Origin: Eggerthellaceae bacterium
Lineage (GTDB): Archaea > Thermoplasmatota > Thermoplasmata > Methanomassiliicoccales > Methanomethylophilaceae
DNA: 64,000 nt
Reading direction: 5' to 3'
Assembly (NCBI GenBank): GCA_963651945.1
Contig: CAVJRF010000003.1
Location: 41,432 to 105,431, forward strand
Within the stretch, counting starts at the first letter, position 1. The number at the start of each line of letters is the position of its first letter. Below the pieces are notes generated by a model. That model did not search any database. It was given only the letters and a program-made list of their open reading frames with translations, and was not told where the DNA came from. The translations under genes and the position numbers were made by a program. Shown in pieces: positions 1 to 12,200 of this stretch.

Positions 1-518
1 TCGGTGACCGAAGGTGCCAGCGTCACGATCTTCAATTCCTGGCCAGTGGTGATGGACTTCCCGTCCACGGCATAGCTGTAGTATCCGAACCCGGTCGTAT
101 CCGTACCGGGGATGAGTGCATCGGGCCCGGACGTACGGGCCCAACAGATGACCCTGTGCTCTCCCGCATCCAATGATGCGGGGTCGCTCTCCTCCCATCC
201 GTCGTCACCGAGGATGAACATCATCCATGTGACACCTACGAGATTGTACTCCCCGTTCACGGAGTACACCGAACCGTCCGCAAGACGTGTGACCTCGTAT
301 CCTTTGATCGCACATGCGGCCTCTAGGACATCGTACCCATCCATCCCGGACGAGAGAGGCATATCGATCCATTCGATATCCCAATAGCCGAAATCCAGGA
401 CCAAGCCTTCCCTCTCATCGGCCGACGATTCCGTGAGCCCGATGAAAGGTAACGAGACGATCACCATCGCGACCACGATGGCGGATGCGATCAGCTTGGT
501 CCGGACGGAGTTCATCAT
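1..518 (-). CDS. ABC transporter substrate-binding protein (BtuF/Fe-siderophore class) with N-terminal DUF4430-like domain; runs off window start
   Basis: Not in ORF track because it is open at the edge. Manual translation from ATG 518 gives MMNSVRTKLIASAIVVAMVIVSLPF (signal/TM)...VYSVNG...WMMF...KIVTLAPSVT, a typical start of a class III binding domain. GAGGT RBS upstream. Confidence 0.75.
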   Translation of the reverse strand, partial: MMNSVRTKLIASAIVVAMVIVSLPFIGLTESSADEREGLVLDFGYWDIEWIDMPLSSGMDGYDVLEAACAIKGYEVTRLADGSVYSVNGEYNLVGVTWMMFILGDDGWEESDPASLDAGEHRVICWARTSGPDALIPGTDTTGFGYYSYAVDGKSITTGQELKIVTLAPSVT

Positions 519-529
519 GTTCGATTACC

Positions 530-3049
530 TCAGTGGTTCCTGCGGAATATGATGAAGCCTGCAACTCCGACCACGATCAGCACACCTGCGACGATCGCTA
601 CGATCATCATCGTGTTGTCATTCGACGGTGTATCTGAACCTATGAGATCCTCCGATGCCACGAAGTACATGGAGAAATGCTCGGTCTCGAATGTCACCGT
701 ACCTTCCTTGCTGTCATAATCGCAAGCGAATTCCTCAAGCTTTCCGTCGGCATTTATGTGGTATACTCTGAGGTCATCGGCCTTCTCGCCCGTTCTCAGT
801 GCGTACTTCATTGTGATGGTGGCCTTGCCACCAAGCTCACCGTTCTTCAGACCGTCGATGCTGTAGTCGTAGACCTGTCTGTCCCCGACGGTGCTCTTCT
901 GAATATCCGTCAGGTCGTCGCTGACGACCTTCTTGAATGTCAGTGTGAATCCTCCTTCGGATGCGTTCTTCAACACGTCCACGGACAGTGTGATGCTGCC
1001 GTTTCCGGTGATTGTGAGTGTGTATCCCGAATCGGACTCCACCAGCTTATCCTTCGCACCGGCATCCATGTGGAAGCTTGCATCCCTGTCGTCGACGATC
1101 TCGACCTCGTTGTTGGCTATCTTCGAGATGTCATCGTCGGAGTAGATCGCGAATACACATTCGGCCCTGAGTGTCCCGTTGGCGACGGTGGCGACGATCT
1201 TGACGGTGCCCGCCTTGATGGCGGTGACCATACCTTTCTCGTCGACCGTTGCTATGCTCGTATCCTGGGATGACCATGTCACCGTCCTGTCACCGGCATT
1301 CTCCGGCAGGACGATCGCGTTCAATGTGTATTGGTCACCGACCTTCAGCGCACGGTTCCCGTCCTCTATGCTGACGGACCTCGGCGTCGGAGCGACGACC
1401 GTGATGGTGATCGAATCCTTGTAGTTCCCATCGACTGTGGAGACTGTCAGCGTGACCGAACCCACGCCTTTGCCGATGACCGTACCATCCTTACTGACGG
1501 TGGCGATGTTCGTGTCGGAGCTCTCCCACGTGACATTTTTGTTGGTTGCATTGGACGGCGTTATATCGGCCGTCAGATGTATCGACGAATCGATCTCCAC
1601 CAGAGAGATGGTCTTGGAGATCGTCACACCCTGTACGGATATGTCCGATGACGTTATGGTGATAGAAACGGAATCTTTGTGGCCTCCGTCGACCGTTGTT
1701 ACGGTCACCGTTACGGTGCCTTCCTTCTTGGCGACGAGTCTTCCATGGCTGTCGATGGTGGCGAGGTCATTATCCGACGTGCTCCAGATCAGACCCTTGT
1801 TGGTTGCATCGGCTGGCGAGATGGTCGCGGAGAACTGTGCGATCTCACCCGTCCTGATCGTCGTAGGGCCGGTCGTGATACTTACCGAGGTGACATTCTT
1901 TCCGGTATCCCCGGAGGATTTCTCGTAGAACTTGGCCTTGATGGTCGTATCGCAGATGACCTGACTGTAATTGCCTTCCCAGCCGGTGAAGATGTATGTC
2001 TTTCCGTTGGACGATGACTTGGATGCCGTGGAGGGTGCGGTCACGCCTCCGAAGTAATCCGCCGTCTTAGTTTCCACGACATTACCGTCACCATCGACGA
2101 ATTTGACCTCGCAGCCGTTCAGAATCTGTGCCTTGGGCGGCTCCGGCGGTGTCTGTCCGTGGTCCCATTTGACATTCTCGTTCGTGGTGATCTGTCTGAC
2201 CAATGCGAAGTATTGTGTGACGGACGGGTCGTAGTGTCCCATCGTTTCACTATAGACCCAATCGTTCACCGAATCGTCCCAATAGAACTGACTCCAATAC
2301 CTGTATCCTATCTGGGTCGAACCAGAAAATACATTCTCATCACCCAGCCCGAGGAAGGAGAACAGCCACCCGACATAGTCGAGATCGACGATACCATCCT
2401 TCACACCGTCACTCATGTTGAGTTCGAAATCATATCTGGAACAGGCATCCATGAATGCCTCGGCGAGGTTGGAACCCGTACCGGAGATCCAGAAACCTGC
2501 CTTCCTCTGTTCCTCGGTAAGTACGGAGGTGACATACGCATTCGCATTCACATCCTCGACGAATTTGATGTAGAAATAGGCCGTATCGGATGGTTTGGTG
2601 ACAGGTGTATAATAGACGGTCTTCCCGTCCTTGATGTAGCTCAGGGCATAGTAGACGTAGTACGAGGTACCATCCTTGAGGAAGCTATCTCCATTGCTGT
2701 TGAGATATGTGTAGGTCCAACCTGTCGGCGGCCTCCATTGGAATACGACCCAGGAGTAATCCCCGCTGTTCGTCTTACCGTCCACGGATTTCACCGTTCC
2801 GTTATTGTTCACTTGGATGTCATGACCATTCTTCTGCATCGTGTTCGTTATGATGGATTTCAGACTGCTTCCGCTTCCGATGTATGTTTGCGTACCGCTC
2901 TCAGTACCGTCACCGAACATGACCTTGACATTGGATGTCGTGGCCCCGTCGCCGTCATCCGATGTCACGATTACGAATGCGGATGACAATAGCAGGAGCA
3001 TGATGATACCGACGATAACAACTCTAGACCTCACAGGATCACCGTCCAT
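530..3049 (-). CDS. Membrane-anchored surface protein: DUF4430-like N-terminal region, three Ig-like (Big_2) repeats, HFS-motif domain, C-terminal TM
   Basis: 839-aa ORF with N-terminal hydrophobic segment, VKSVDG...YSWVVFQW, repeated 'P.NATNK.V.W.SSD..IATV...G.V' units, and a TM plus basic tail (FRRNH). Confidence 0.85.
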   Translation of the reverse strand: MDGDPVRSRVVIVGIIMLLLLSSAFVIVTSDDGDGATTSNVKVMFGDGTESGTQTYIGSGSSLKSIITNTMQKNGHDIQVNNNGTVKSVDGKTNSGDYSWVVFQWRPPTGWTYTYLNSNGDSFLKDGTSYYVYYALSYIKDGKTVYYTPVTKPSDTAYFYIKFVEDVNANAYVTSVLTEEQRKAGFWISGTGSNLAEAFMDACSRYDFELNMSDGVKDGIVDLDYVGWLFSFLGLGDENVFSGSTQIGYRYWSQFYWDDSVNDWVYSETMGHYDPSVTQYFALVRQITTNENVKWDHGQTPPEPPKAQILNGCEVKFVDGDGNVVETKTADYFGGVTAPSTASKSSSNGKTYIFTGWEGNYSQVICDTTIKAKFYEKSSGDTGKNVTSVSITTGPTTIRTGEIAQFSATISPADATNKGLIWSTSDNDLATIDSHGRLVAKKEGTVTVTVTTVDGGHKDSVSITITSSDISVQGVTISKTISLVEIDSSIHLTADITPSNATNKNVTWESSDTNIATVSKDGTVIGKGVGSVTLTVSTVDGNYKDSITITVVAPTPRSVSIEDGNRALKVGDQYTLNAIVLPENAGDRTVTWSSQDTSIATVDEKGMVTAIKAGTVKIVATVANGTLRAECVFAIYSDDDISKIANNEVEIVDDRDASFHMDAGAKDKLVESDSGYTLTITGNGSITLSVDVLKNASEGGFTLTFKKVVSDDLTDIQKSTVGDRQVYDYSIDGLKNGELGGKATITMKYALRTGEKADDLRVYHINADGKLEEFACDYDSKEGTVTFETEHFSMYFVASEDLIGSDTPSNDNTMMIVAIVAGVLIVVGVAGFIIFRRNH

Positions 3050-3157
3050 AGATGTTGTCGACTACCTTTTCAGAAATTATAAACCTGACCAACGATGGAT
3101 GGTGATGCGGGATGGATGTTATGTGGCAGTCTACATAAGATAAAGAATGGGGACTTC

Positions 3158-3228
3158 CCCGTGTCCGGGAGGACACGGGTGCATCCCATGACTAAAGGGT
3201 TTGGGAACGGTCGATCAACGACCGTTCC
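3158..3228 (-). terminator. Two intercistronic stem-loops (3158-3179, 3204-3228)
   Basis: cccgtgtcc-ggga-ggacacggg and ggaacggtcg-atcaa-cgaccgttcc perfect inverted repeats just after the adhesin stop. Confidence 0.6.
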
Positions 3229-3241
3229 GCGTTCGCATCGT

Positions 3242-6200
3242 TCAGTTACCGCGGATACGCAGGATCATGGAGACGATGGCCACGGCGATGAGTGCCGCGA
3301 GAAGACCGATGACGATCTTCAGGAGGGTGTTGAGCTCGTTGTCGCCACCTGTGTCGGTGGGCTCATCCGCAATCAATGACTCCTCACTCACAACGAAGTA
3401 TGAGAAGTGGTCAGTCACGAACGACACCGTTCCTCCGATCGCATCGTACTTGCAGCTCATCTCCTTGAGCGTACCGTCGTCATCCACGTGGTAGATCCTC
3501 ACATCGCTGCTGACGGTGCCCTTGAGGGCATACGGCAATGTCACGGAGACCTTACCGCCGAGCTGGTGGATGCTGGTCTTACCGAGTGTCGCACTGAGCG
3601 AGAAGACCGTCGAATCCTTGACCTTCTCCTTCATCGCTTTGGTGACGTCCTCATCCGACACCTTCTCGATTCCGAGTTTGAGATCGGAACCGTCGGATGA
3701 CAGCGTGGATATTACATCGGATGACATCTCCAACGTACCGGCCGATGTGTTCACACGGAGTGTGGTATCGTTACCGTCCGCGATCTGTATCAGGGATTCG
3801 TAGGAGAGGTCGATGCTGGATGACACTGCGGTGCTGGCCTTGCCGATGTCGATTACGATCACCGGTTCGACACTGCCTCCGGCGGTGTTCTTCACGGCTC
3901 CGATCTGATCCACGGCCGAGAGGATATCCTCCTTAGACACGGATACGATCTCCTTTCCGTCCTTGGTCTGGATCTTCGCTTCCACCGTCGTCTTGACTTC
4001 GGATTCGATGACCCTTCCGTCGGCATCCTTCTTGACTGTAGCTTCGGTCTTGACGGCCTTGTTCTCGGATTCGGCGGAGATCTTCACATCGGAACCCATG
4101 GATTTGTCGTTCTTGTCCTTGGTCTCCTGGGTGTTGGTGGTGATCGTGCTGTCACCGGATACCGTCTTCTCCTCCTTGGTCACCGTCTTGCTGCCATCGG
4201 TGTTCTCCTTCGTATCCTCCTTAACGACCGATTTCTCGGATACGACGACCGTACATACGGCAGTGAGATCTCCGTAGGACACGGTAATCGTCGCCGTTCC
4301 GGCCTTGTATGCGTACACATAACCTCCGGACACGGAGGCGATGGATGAATCGGAACTCTTCCAGCCGATGTTGTCGCTGAGTGCCTCATCCGGGTAGGTG
4401 GTCGCTTTGAGTGCGGAGTTGGATCCGACCTCGAGTCTGATCATCGTCTTGTCGAGCGTGATCTCCGAGACCGTACCTTCGACCTTGATCGTGCAGCTTG
4501 CCGAGTACGAACCGTCGACGGATGTCGCGGTTATGATCGCGGTACCCTTGGACAATGCCTGTATTGCACCGCTCGTGGTCACCGAGACGACGGACGGGTT
4601 GCTGGAGGCCCATGTGACCCTCTTGTCCTCTGCATCAGTAGGCGCGATGGTCGCGGTCAATGCGGATGAGTCTCCGACCTTCATGGTCTTGGATATCTGG
4701 CTCAGCGATATGGCCGTGACCTTCTTGAGGGATACCGTGACCGTACAGACGGACTTGGCATCGCTGTTGTCCATAGCCGTTGCCGTTATGAGAACGATAC
4801 CTTCGGAGATGGCCGTGACCTTTCCGTTGGAATCGACTATGGCGATCTTCGGATCGCTGCTGGTCCAGATGACTCCGACACCGTCGAGATCCGTGGATGC
4901 GGACAATGTCTCGCTACCGCCTTTGTACAGACCGATCGAGCTCTTGTTCAGAGTGACCGTGCTGGATGTCGGTTCGACTACATTGACCTCTACGGTGATC
5001 GTTTGATCCTTGATCGGTGATGAGACCGTAACCGTCATGACTGCCTTACCGGCCTTCAGAGCAACGAGTTCCCCGTTCTCGATCTTGAGGATATTGTTGT
5101 TGCTGCTCGAGATCGTATAGACTCCGGAACCGTCCAATGTCACGGTGACCTTTCCGTCGAATCCGACGAGGAGTGTGGTCACATCCTTGTCCTCGACGAT
5201 GAGATCATCACCGATCTTCACCTCGACATTGTTGAATGTCTTGTTGTCCTCATACCAGACGGCTTCGAGTACAACGTATCCTTTCAATACATAGCCGGGC
5301 GCGGTTATTTTGTCACCATTGACAGAATACTTGTAGATGGTCTGCCCATCGGTGAAACCGACGAATGTGTATCCGTCTTTTGTAGGCAATTTTTCCAACT
5401 TAAGTTCGACGACATCACCGCTCTGACCGTAGTACGTATAATACTCGTCACCGTAACCGTACGAGACGTACGGTTTGAGCTTTTCAATCGTCATGGGCTC
5501 GTATGAACGGAGGTCCTGTACGATATCCTTGACAGAGACTGTGACGTGCTCGTCCTTGGTCTCGACGTAGTCCCATTTCGCATCCGGGTCCAGATTGTCG
5601 GCAGAACTCACATCCTTGTTGAGATAGAACGTTTTGATCTTACTGAACTTGTTCAAGTTGAATGTATCCGTGAATTTGACAGAGTACGCTTGACCATCGT
5701 TTCCATAATAGTAGACGTAGTATGTTGCTCCGAGTGCGTATACAGTACCGCTCGTCTTATCGAACGTTGCCTTCCTCACACCGAGCATGTTCGCCACGGC
5801 CTTCTCGAAGGCCTTGATCGAGTCTCCGTCCACACCGTCTCCCGTCGTGATCTCGGCAGTGTCGCCGTTGTCGACGAAGAACCAACTCTTCTTGGCGAAC
5901 TCGGGAGTACCGTAACAGTATACGAATCCCGAATCGTTGTAGAATATCAGCTGCCCTTCCGTTCCGACACGGACGGCCTGTGAACCGAATCCCGACTCGA
6001 TGGAGAACTTCACACCCTTATCCGAGAGTGTCCATTCGCCATCTTTACAGACATCCGTGAAGATGCAGATTACCTGACCTGCAGAATAGTTCATTATGTA
6101 GATGTAGACCTCTCCGTTGAGCTTCCCATCAGCACCCTTGGTAAGGTTGTACGTCGATGCGACGATGCTTCCATGGGAAGCGACCGAATCAACCTCCTCG

Positions 6201-9200
6201 ACGAAGACAGGCTCTCCATCCTCTCCGATGTCAAAGACCTGGAAATAACCGACCTGCGATTGGGATGCCTTCGTGATATTGAGATATCCGCGACCATTCT
6301 GTATCACAAATGCAGATGTGAGGGAATCGCGATTCTCCTCCTTACCATTCTTGTCCTTGATGATGACGTATTCCGGATCATTGATGGTGGTACCGTCCAC
6401 CTTCATGTATCCGATGACCGAATTGCCAATCACATCATACGTTCCGAAGAGACCTTTGGTATATGCAGTGATGTATAGATATCCGTTATAGTAGGTCAGC
6501 CAACCATCATCGAGATAATACCCGTAAAGTTTATCGAGTTGCCGGCTCCCGTAGGCACCATTGCTCAGATTCAACGCATTGATGGTTATGTCCCGACCGT
6601 TCACGGAGATGTAATACATCACATCGCCTTCAACGATTGCATGGGATGTCGTTCCATACATATATTGGAATGCATTGACGTCCGTTTGAGTAGCTTCCCA
6701 AAGATTCTTCATGACCTTCGAATCATCAAGTTGTGTGGGACTCATCTTCCAGACGGTGCCTTTCGAACTCTCATCATCTTTGACGATTCCGTAGAAGAAA
6801 CCATCATGCCAGACGGTATACTGGATGCCTTTGGGTATTCCGCATACCTCTTCAAGATCATATGTATAGACCTTCATCGAAGTGTAATCAACGATGTACT
6901 CTTCGCCTCCGGCGCCTCCGCCGTACCCAAGATAATGGTAGAATTGAGTGGTCGATACGCCTGTCTGGATGTAGGAGATCGTAGCACCCGTGTTGGCATC
7001 GAGACAGACTATCCTGTCATTCACCTGGATGTATACACGATCATCGACAATCAACGGTACGCTGGGCATACCGGACCAGGCCATACCCGACTGATTCACT
7101 TCCCCGCTGAACCTCCAAGCAAGTACTATATTGTCTGTGGGCTTTGGCGTATCCCTTTCGACAACATATTCGAGATCCGTTGAGGATGAGAAGTATTTGA
7201 CTATGGGCGTGATGCACGCATAACCAGAGACGCTACTTATGCTCAACGTCAAATCATCTTGCATGACATCTTCATTGAGATTCGTTAGACCCATGCCGAT
7301 GAGGGTATACCCTGTGTATGGTACAAATCTGAGCTTGACTGTTCCGTTGGTGAATGTTCCACCATCGTACTTTTCTCCGATCGTTCCATCATCCTTCAGA
7401 ACATAGAATATACCTGCGGAACTATCAAGATCAAGATAATCGCCCAATGATTCCCACTTGGCATAGAGCGTACAATCCACTGTTATGTGACCTGCATCGT
7501 TAGCCTTGTACATGGCAGCAGTATCATCGGATGAGGTGTACCAGCCCAAGAACTTGAATCCCGGACGCTCCGGTGTCGGAAGGGCTGATGTCAATATCGA
7601 ATGCCCGTCATAGATATATATCGGCGAGATGTCAATCTTCGTACCATCTTCACCGGTATTCGCATCGAATGTGACCTTATGCCATTTGGTACCGTCAGAG
7701 CCATCCTCCTTCTCATCGATGATAATTAGATAGACGGTACTGCTGGAATACGAACCTATGGAATACTCCATCTCATCAGAAGCAGTCAATAGCGTCATTT
7801 CTCCATCGCTGCCCTTTATCTGTACGATCAGGTCTCCCGGAGAGAATCTATCCTCAGAGTTGACTGTGAATTTACCTTCGCTGTTAATTGATTCGATCTT
7901 GGCGAAGTCCGATAGAACATAAACCTTCGTATCTTTGACCGCTTTGAGCACACCATAGTCAGCGTCGTAATAGATCAGACCCTTATAGTTACCATTCCAG
8001 GAAGTGGACATCGTCTCGGAAACATAGCAGTCGATGCTGGAATCGACCAATCCTTCCTTGAATGATAGTCCATCTATCGAGAGATTCAAGACTGGCTTTA
8101 CATTGTTGGCATTGACTATCTTGTCAGTATGAAGCTTGATCTCCTTGGAAGCGAGTGTCAACTGTTTCAATCCCTTAGAATTGTCTACCAAGTTTTCCGA
8201 CCAGTTAATCGTATCATCGGCAGATATCGTTAATGATGTCATGAAGTAAGCTTCTTTGCTTTCCAGGTTCACTGCCATTTGCGAGAACGTGACGTTCTTA
8301 CAGACTATGGTCAATGATCTCACCATCAGGTGGTCCGTATTTGTGATCTTGACGTCACCGCCTTTTATGAGAATGGATTCCATGATATGACGTGGCAACG
8401 ACTCTATATTAAAGGTGAGAGATCCGCTACCCGAATCTACCGTTAATCTTTGGAGCATGTCACACTGATAGAATGCAATTCTCTGGACATCCGATGCCCC
8501 ATAGATGACGAGTTCCTTCACATTCACATCCCTTAATGCGGACTGTCCTATGGTATCGATGCCAGAGATCTCGAGATACCCATCCGTCGGCATGCTACAA
8601 GGGACCGCGACCAGAACACCTTCTATAGTGACGAGCATTCCAGAAACACTCTTGTATTTGGCATTTCCATCCTGGACAGAGATCCTTTTGAGATTAGGAA
8701 GTATTGAAATCGCCGAATCCACTGTAAGGTTGGTTGCGGTCACTTCTTTAATTCCCTCGATCTCCGAGATGTTCTTCTTGATAAAGATCGATTCCACATT
8801 CGGATTGATCATGACGATCTTCTTGCCACCGTCCGTTGCATCCGTTATTATCATGTCGCCATCTACGGCCATCTTGCCGCCACTCTCGATCGCAATACCA
8901 TTCGATTGGCCATCGGATGTCATCAAAGATGTACATCCTATGAACGAATCCACCTGAACGGTCTCCAGTGCCTTTGATACGTATACCTCCTTGATGGAGA
9001 TGCACCCATTGAATGCCCTCGGCCCGATCGACGTCACACCGTTAAGTTCTAAACGTTCTTTACCCTTGGATGAGGTGAGCAATACACAATTCTCGAATGC
9101 ACCGTTGCCTATCTTTGACCCAAGAGAATCTGACGATTCCTGCATGAACGTCACTGTCTTAAGATTCTCACAGGTTGTGAAGGCAACCTGATCGATGTCG

Positions 9201-12200
9201 ACATAGGCAGAGAACGTCACCTCGGTAAGCTCAGAACAGCTATCGAATGCATGGTCACCGATCTTCACAATTCCGTTCGTTGGACTTGATATTGTTATAT
9301 TCTTCAATCCTGTATTGTTAAGAGCATAATCTCCGATAGAATCCGACTTGATGACATTCACACCATCTTCAGCGGTGCCATATGTCAAGCTATCAAGGTT
9401 GTTACAATCTTTGAATATACCTAGCGGAAGAGGGAATCCTTCTTTCTCTATGACCACTTCTTTCAGAGAAAGACAATTCTGGAACTGGTATGAAGATCCC
9501 TCAAGTTTCTCTACTGAGATAATGGCCTTCTTGACAGCTGTGCCTGAGAATGCTTCTGTACCGATATCAGCAGTGACTCTTACAACTCCCTCGGTATTAA
9601 AGACCAGACTTGAACATCCTTTGAAGGTCTGAGTTCCGAGTACCAAATCATCCGAGTATGCAATGTAGACCAAAGAGGTACAATCGCCGAATACGTTCGT
9701 TCCTATCGATTTCACACTGACGATGGAATTCTCGCTATTGCCGATGGTTTTCAATGACGCACAACGATAGAATGCATAATTCCCAAGATCCACCTGATCG
9801 GATGACCATGTCACGGATTCTATGGTCTTGGATCCATAGAAGGCATTCGTTCCGATATGTTTGATCTTACTTCCGAGATCGATGGTCTTGAAAGGAAGAT
9901 TTCCGAAGACCGTTGCCTCACCGGTTTTGTTGTAAATGGAGGTGATATTCCATTCATCCAATAATTTCAGCTCGGTCACATCCCCCGTGACCTGTACCTT
10001 CATTATCTCGTTCCCTTCATATTTATCATTATTCATGTAGAAGATAGAGCATTGATCATTCACCTTCAACTCTGTCGTTCCATATAGTTTACCATTGATG
10101 TATAATCTACTGTAATCTACTTTGACCCCACTAGGATCGGTAAACTTACTCTCAGAGGTCACATTAAGTCCGTATGATGTGTTATCGAATGCACTTGTTC
10201 TGATTGTCCCATTCACTCCGGTCAGATCGACATATTCATCCTCTGCTGCAAGACCCTTACATCCCATGAATGCGCGATCCCCAATATTATTGACCTTTCC
10301 GAAATTGACAGAGGTAAGACTGACACATCCTGCAAATGCTAAATCGCCTATGTCCAAGTTTCCAGTGGTGGTGATCTCTAATTTGGTGATGTATCCATTG
10401 GAGGCACTTATGGTGTTTTGGTACTGTTTTGTGAAATAATAAGCTGGAATTTTAGTCACATCACCAGATATCGTAACATCTTTCACATCAATGTCATAAA
10501 AGACTTTGGTACTAGCTTGTGTTATCTTATTAATTATCAATTTTTTAGCCGACACTCCCTTAAAGCAATCTTGCTCAAACTGTCCAGTATCGTTGAGTAT
10601 TGTGATCGTGTTGAATTTGGTCCCTTCCGGAATGATCCCTGCTGCAAGGAGATCGAGTTTTATGTCCTGCAGACTGCTGAAATCGACTGTCAAGCAAGTT
10701 ATAACTTGCTTCTGACCGTCCGCCTCATATGTATTCCAATCCGATCCAAATCCTGTTGCATGATTCCAGTCTGTGATTCCTATCGAATTGAGCTTTGAAC
10801 ATCCATAGAATAGCTCCTGCTTATACTGTGTCACTGATGTGGGGATAGAAGTGATACTTATGAGGCTGCTACAGTTTTTGAAAGCGGATGCACCGACGTC
10901 TTTCAATTGTGAGCCATTCAGTATTGTAATAGTATTCAAAGCCGAACAATCCTGGAACGCACTCGAACCTATCGATGTCACGCTCGATGGTATGCTAATC
11001 TTGCTCAATGATGTACATCCGGAAAATGCACTCTCCCCGATGGTCTCAAGCCCTTCATCCAATGTGACTGAATTGAGTTTTGTGCACCCGTTGAAAGCAC
11101 TCTTACCTATTGATTTTACGGTCGATGGTATGCTAATTGTGCTCAATGATGTACATCCGGAAAATGCAGCCTCCCCGATGGTTCCAGGCCCTTTATCAAA
11201 TGTGACTTTAGTGAGGCCTGTGCACCCGCTGAAAGCAGTGGAATCTATCGATGTCACGCTCGATGGTATTCTGATGGTGGTCAATGACGTACATCCGGAT
11301 AATCCCCCGATGGCACTGATCCCTTCACTAAATGTGACTGTAGTGAGGCCTGTGCACCCGCTGAAAGCAGTGGAATCTATCGATGTCACGCTCGATGGTA
11401 TTCTGATGGTGGTCAATGACGTACATCCGGATAATCCCCCGATGGCACTGATCCCTTCACTAAATGTGACTGTAGTGAGGCCTGTGCACCCGCTGAAAGC
11501 AGTGGAATCTATCGATGTCACGCTCGATGGTATGCTAATGGTGGTCAATGACGTACATCCCTTAAACGCCGTATATCCGATGGTCTCAAGCCCTTCTTCC
11601 AATGTGACTGTAGTGAGGAGGCCTGTGCACCCGTTGAAAGCACTCTGACCTATTGATTTCACGGTCTGTGGTATTGTGATCGTGGTCAATGACGTACATT
11701 TATAGAATGTTTGTGTTCCTACCGTTTGTACACCTGATGGTATTTTGATTGTGGTCAATGACGTACATTGATAGAATGCCTTATCTCCTATCGTTTGTAC
11801 ACCTGATGGTATCTGCATGACTAGTTTGCTGCATCCTCTAAATGCTTCCCCTCCGATCGTAATCAATCCAGCATTGTCCTCGCTGCTAAACGAGACAGTC
11901 GTTAACTCTGTGCACCCATAGAATGCTTTTGCCCCTATCGTTGTCACACTATTGGGAATAACCAGTTCTTTGAGGCTATTTTTGACTGCATCTGCTATCT
12001 TACTTCCAGTTCCTAGATTGGTGACTCCCTTGCCATTATTGGTTATTTTAGACAAATCCAGTTGTCCGTCTGCGGGAATCTGCGTTATTTTGGTTATGAT
12101 CAATCCACCGTCAGTTTCTGTATATTCTACTGTAATGCCACTAAATGTCTCTGTGGTTGCTGAAGACTCATGATCCATCGCAATGATACAACCAGCGACA

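Noticed and set aside
10930..11820. Diversity-generating retroelement template/variable repeats
   Set aside because: The repeats are in-frame tandem LRR units without adenine-specific differences, and no reverse transcriptase is present.
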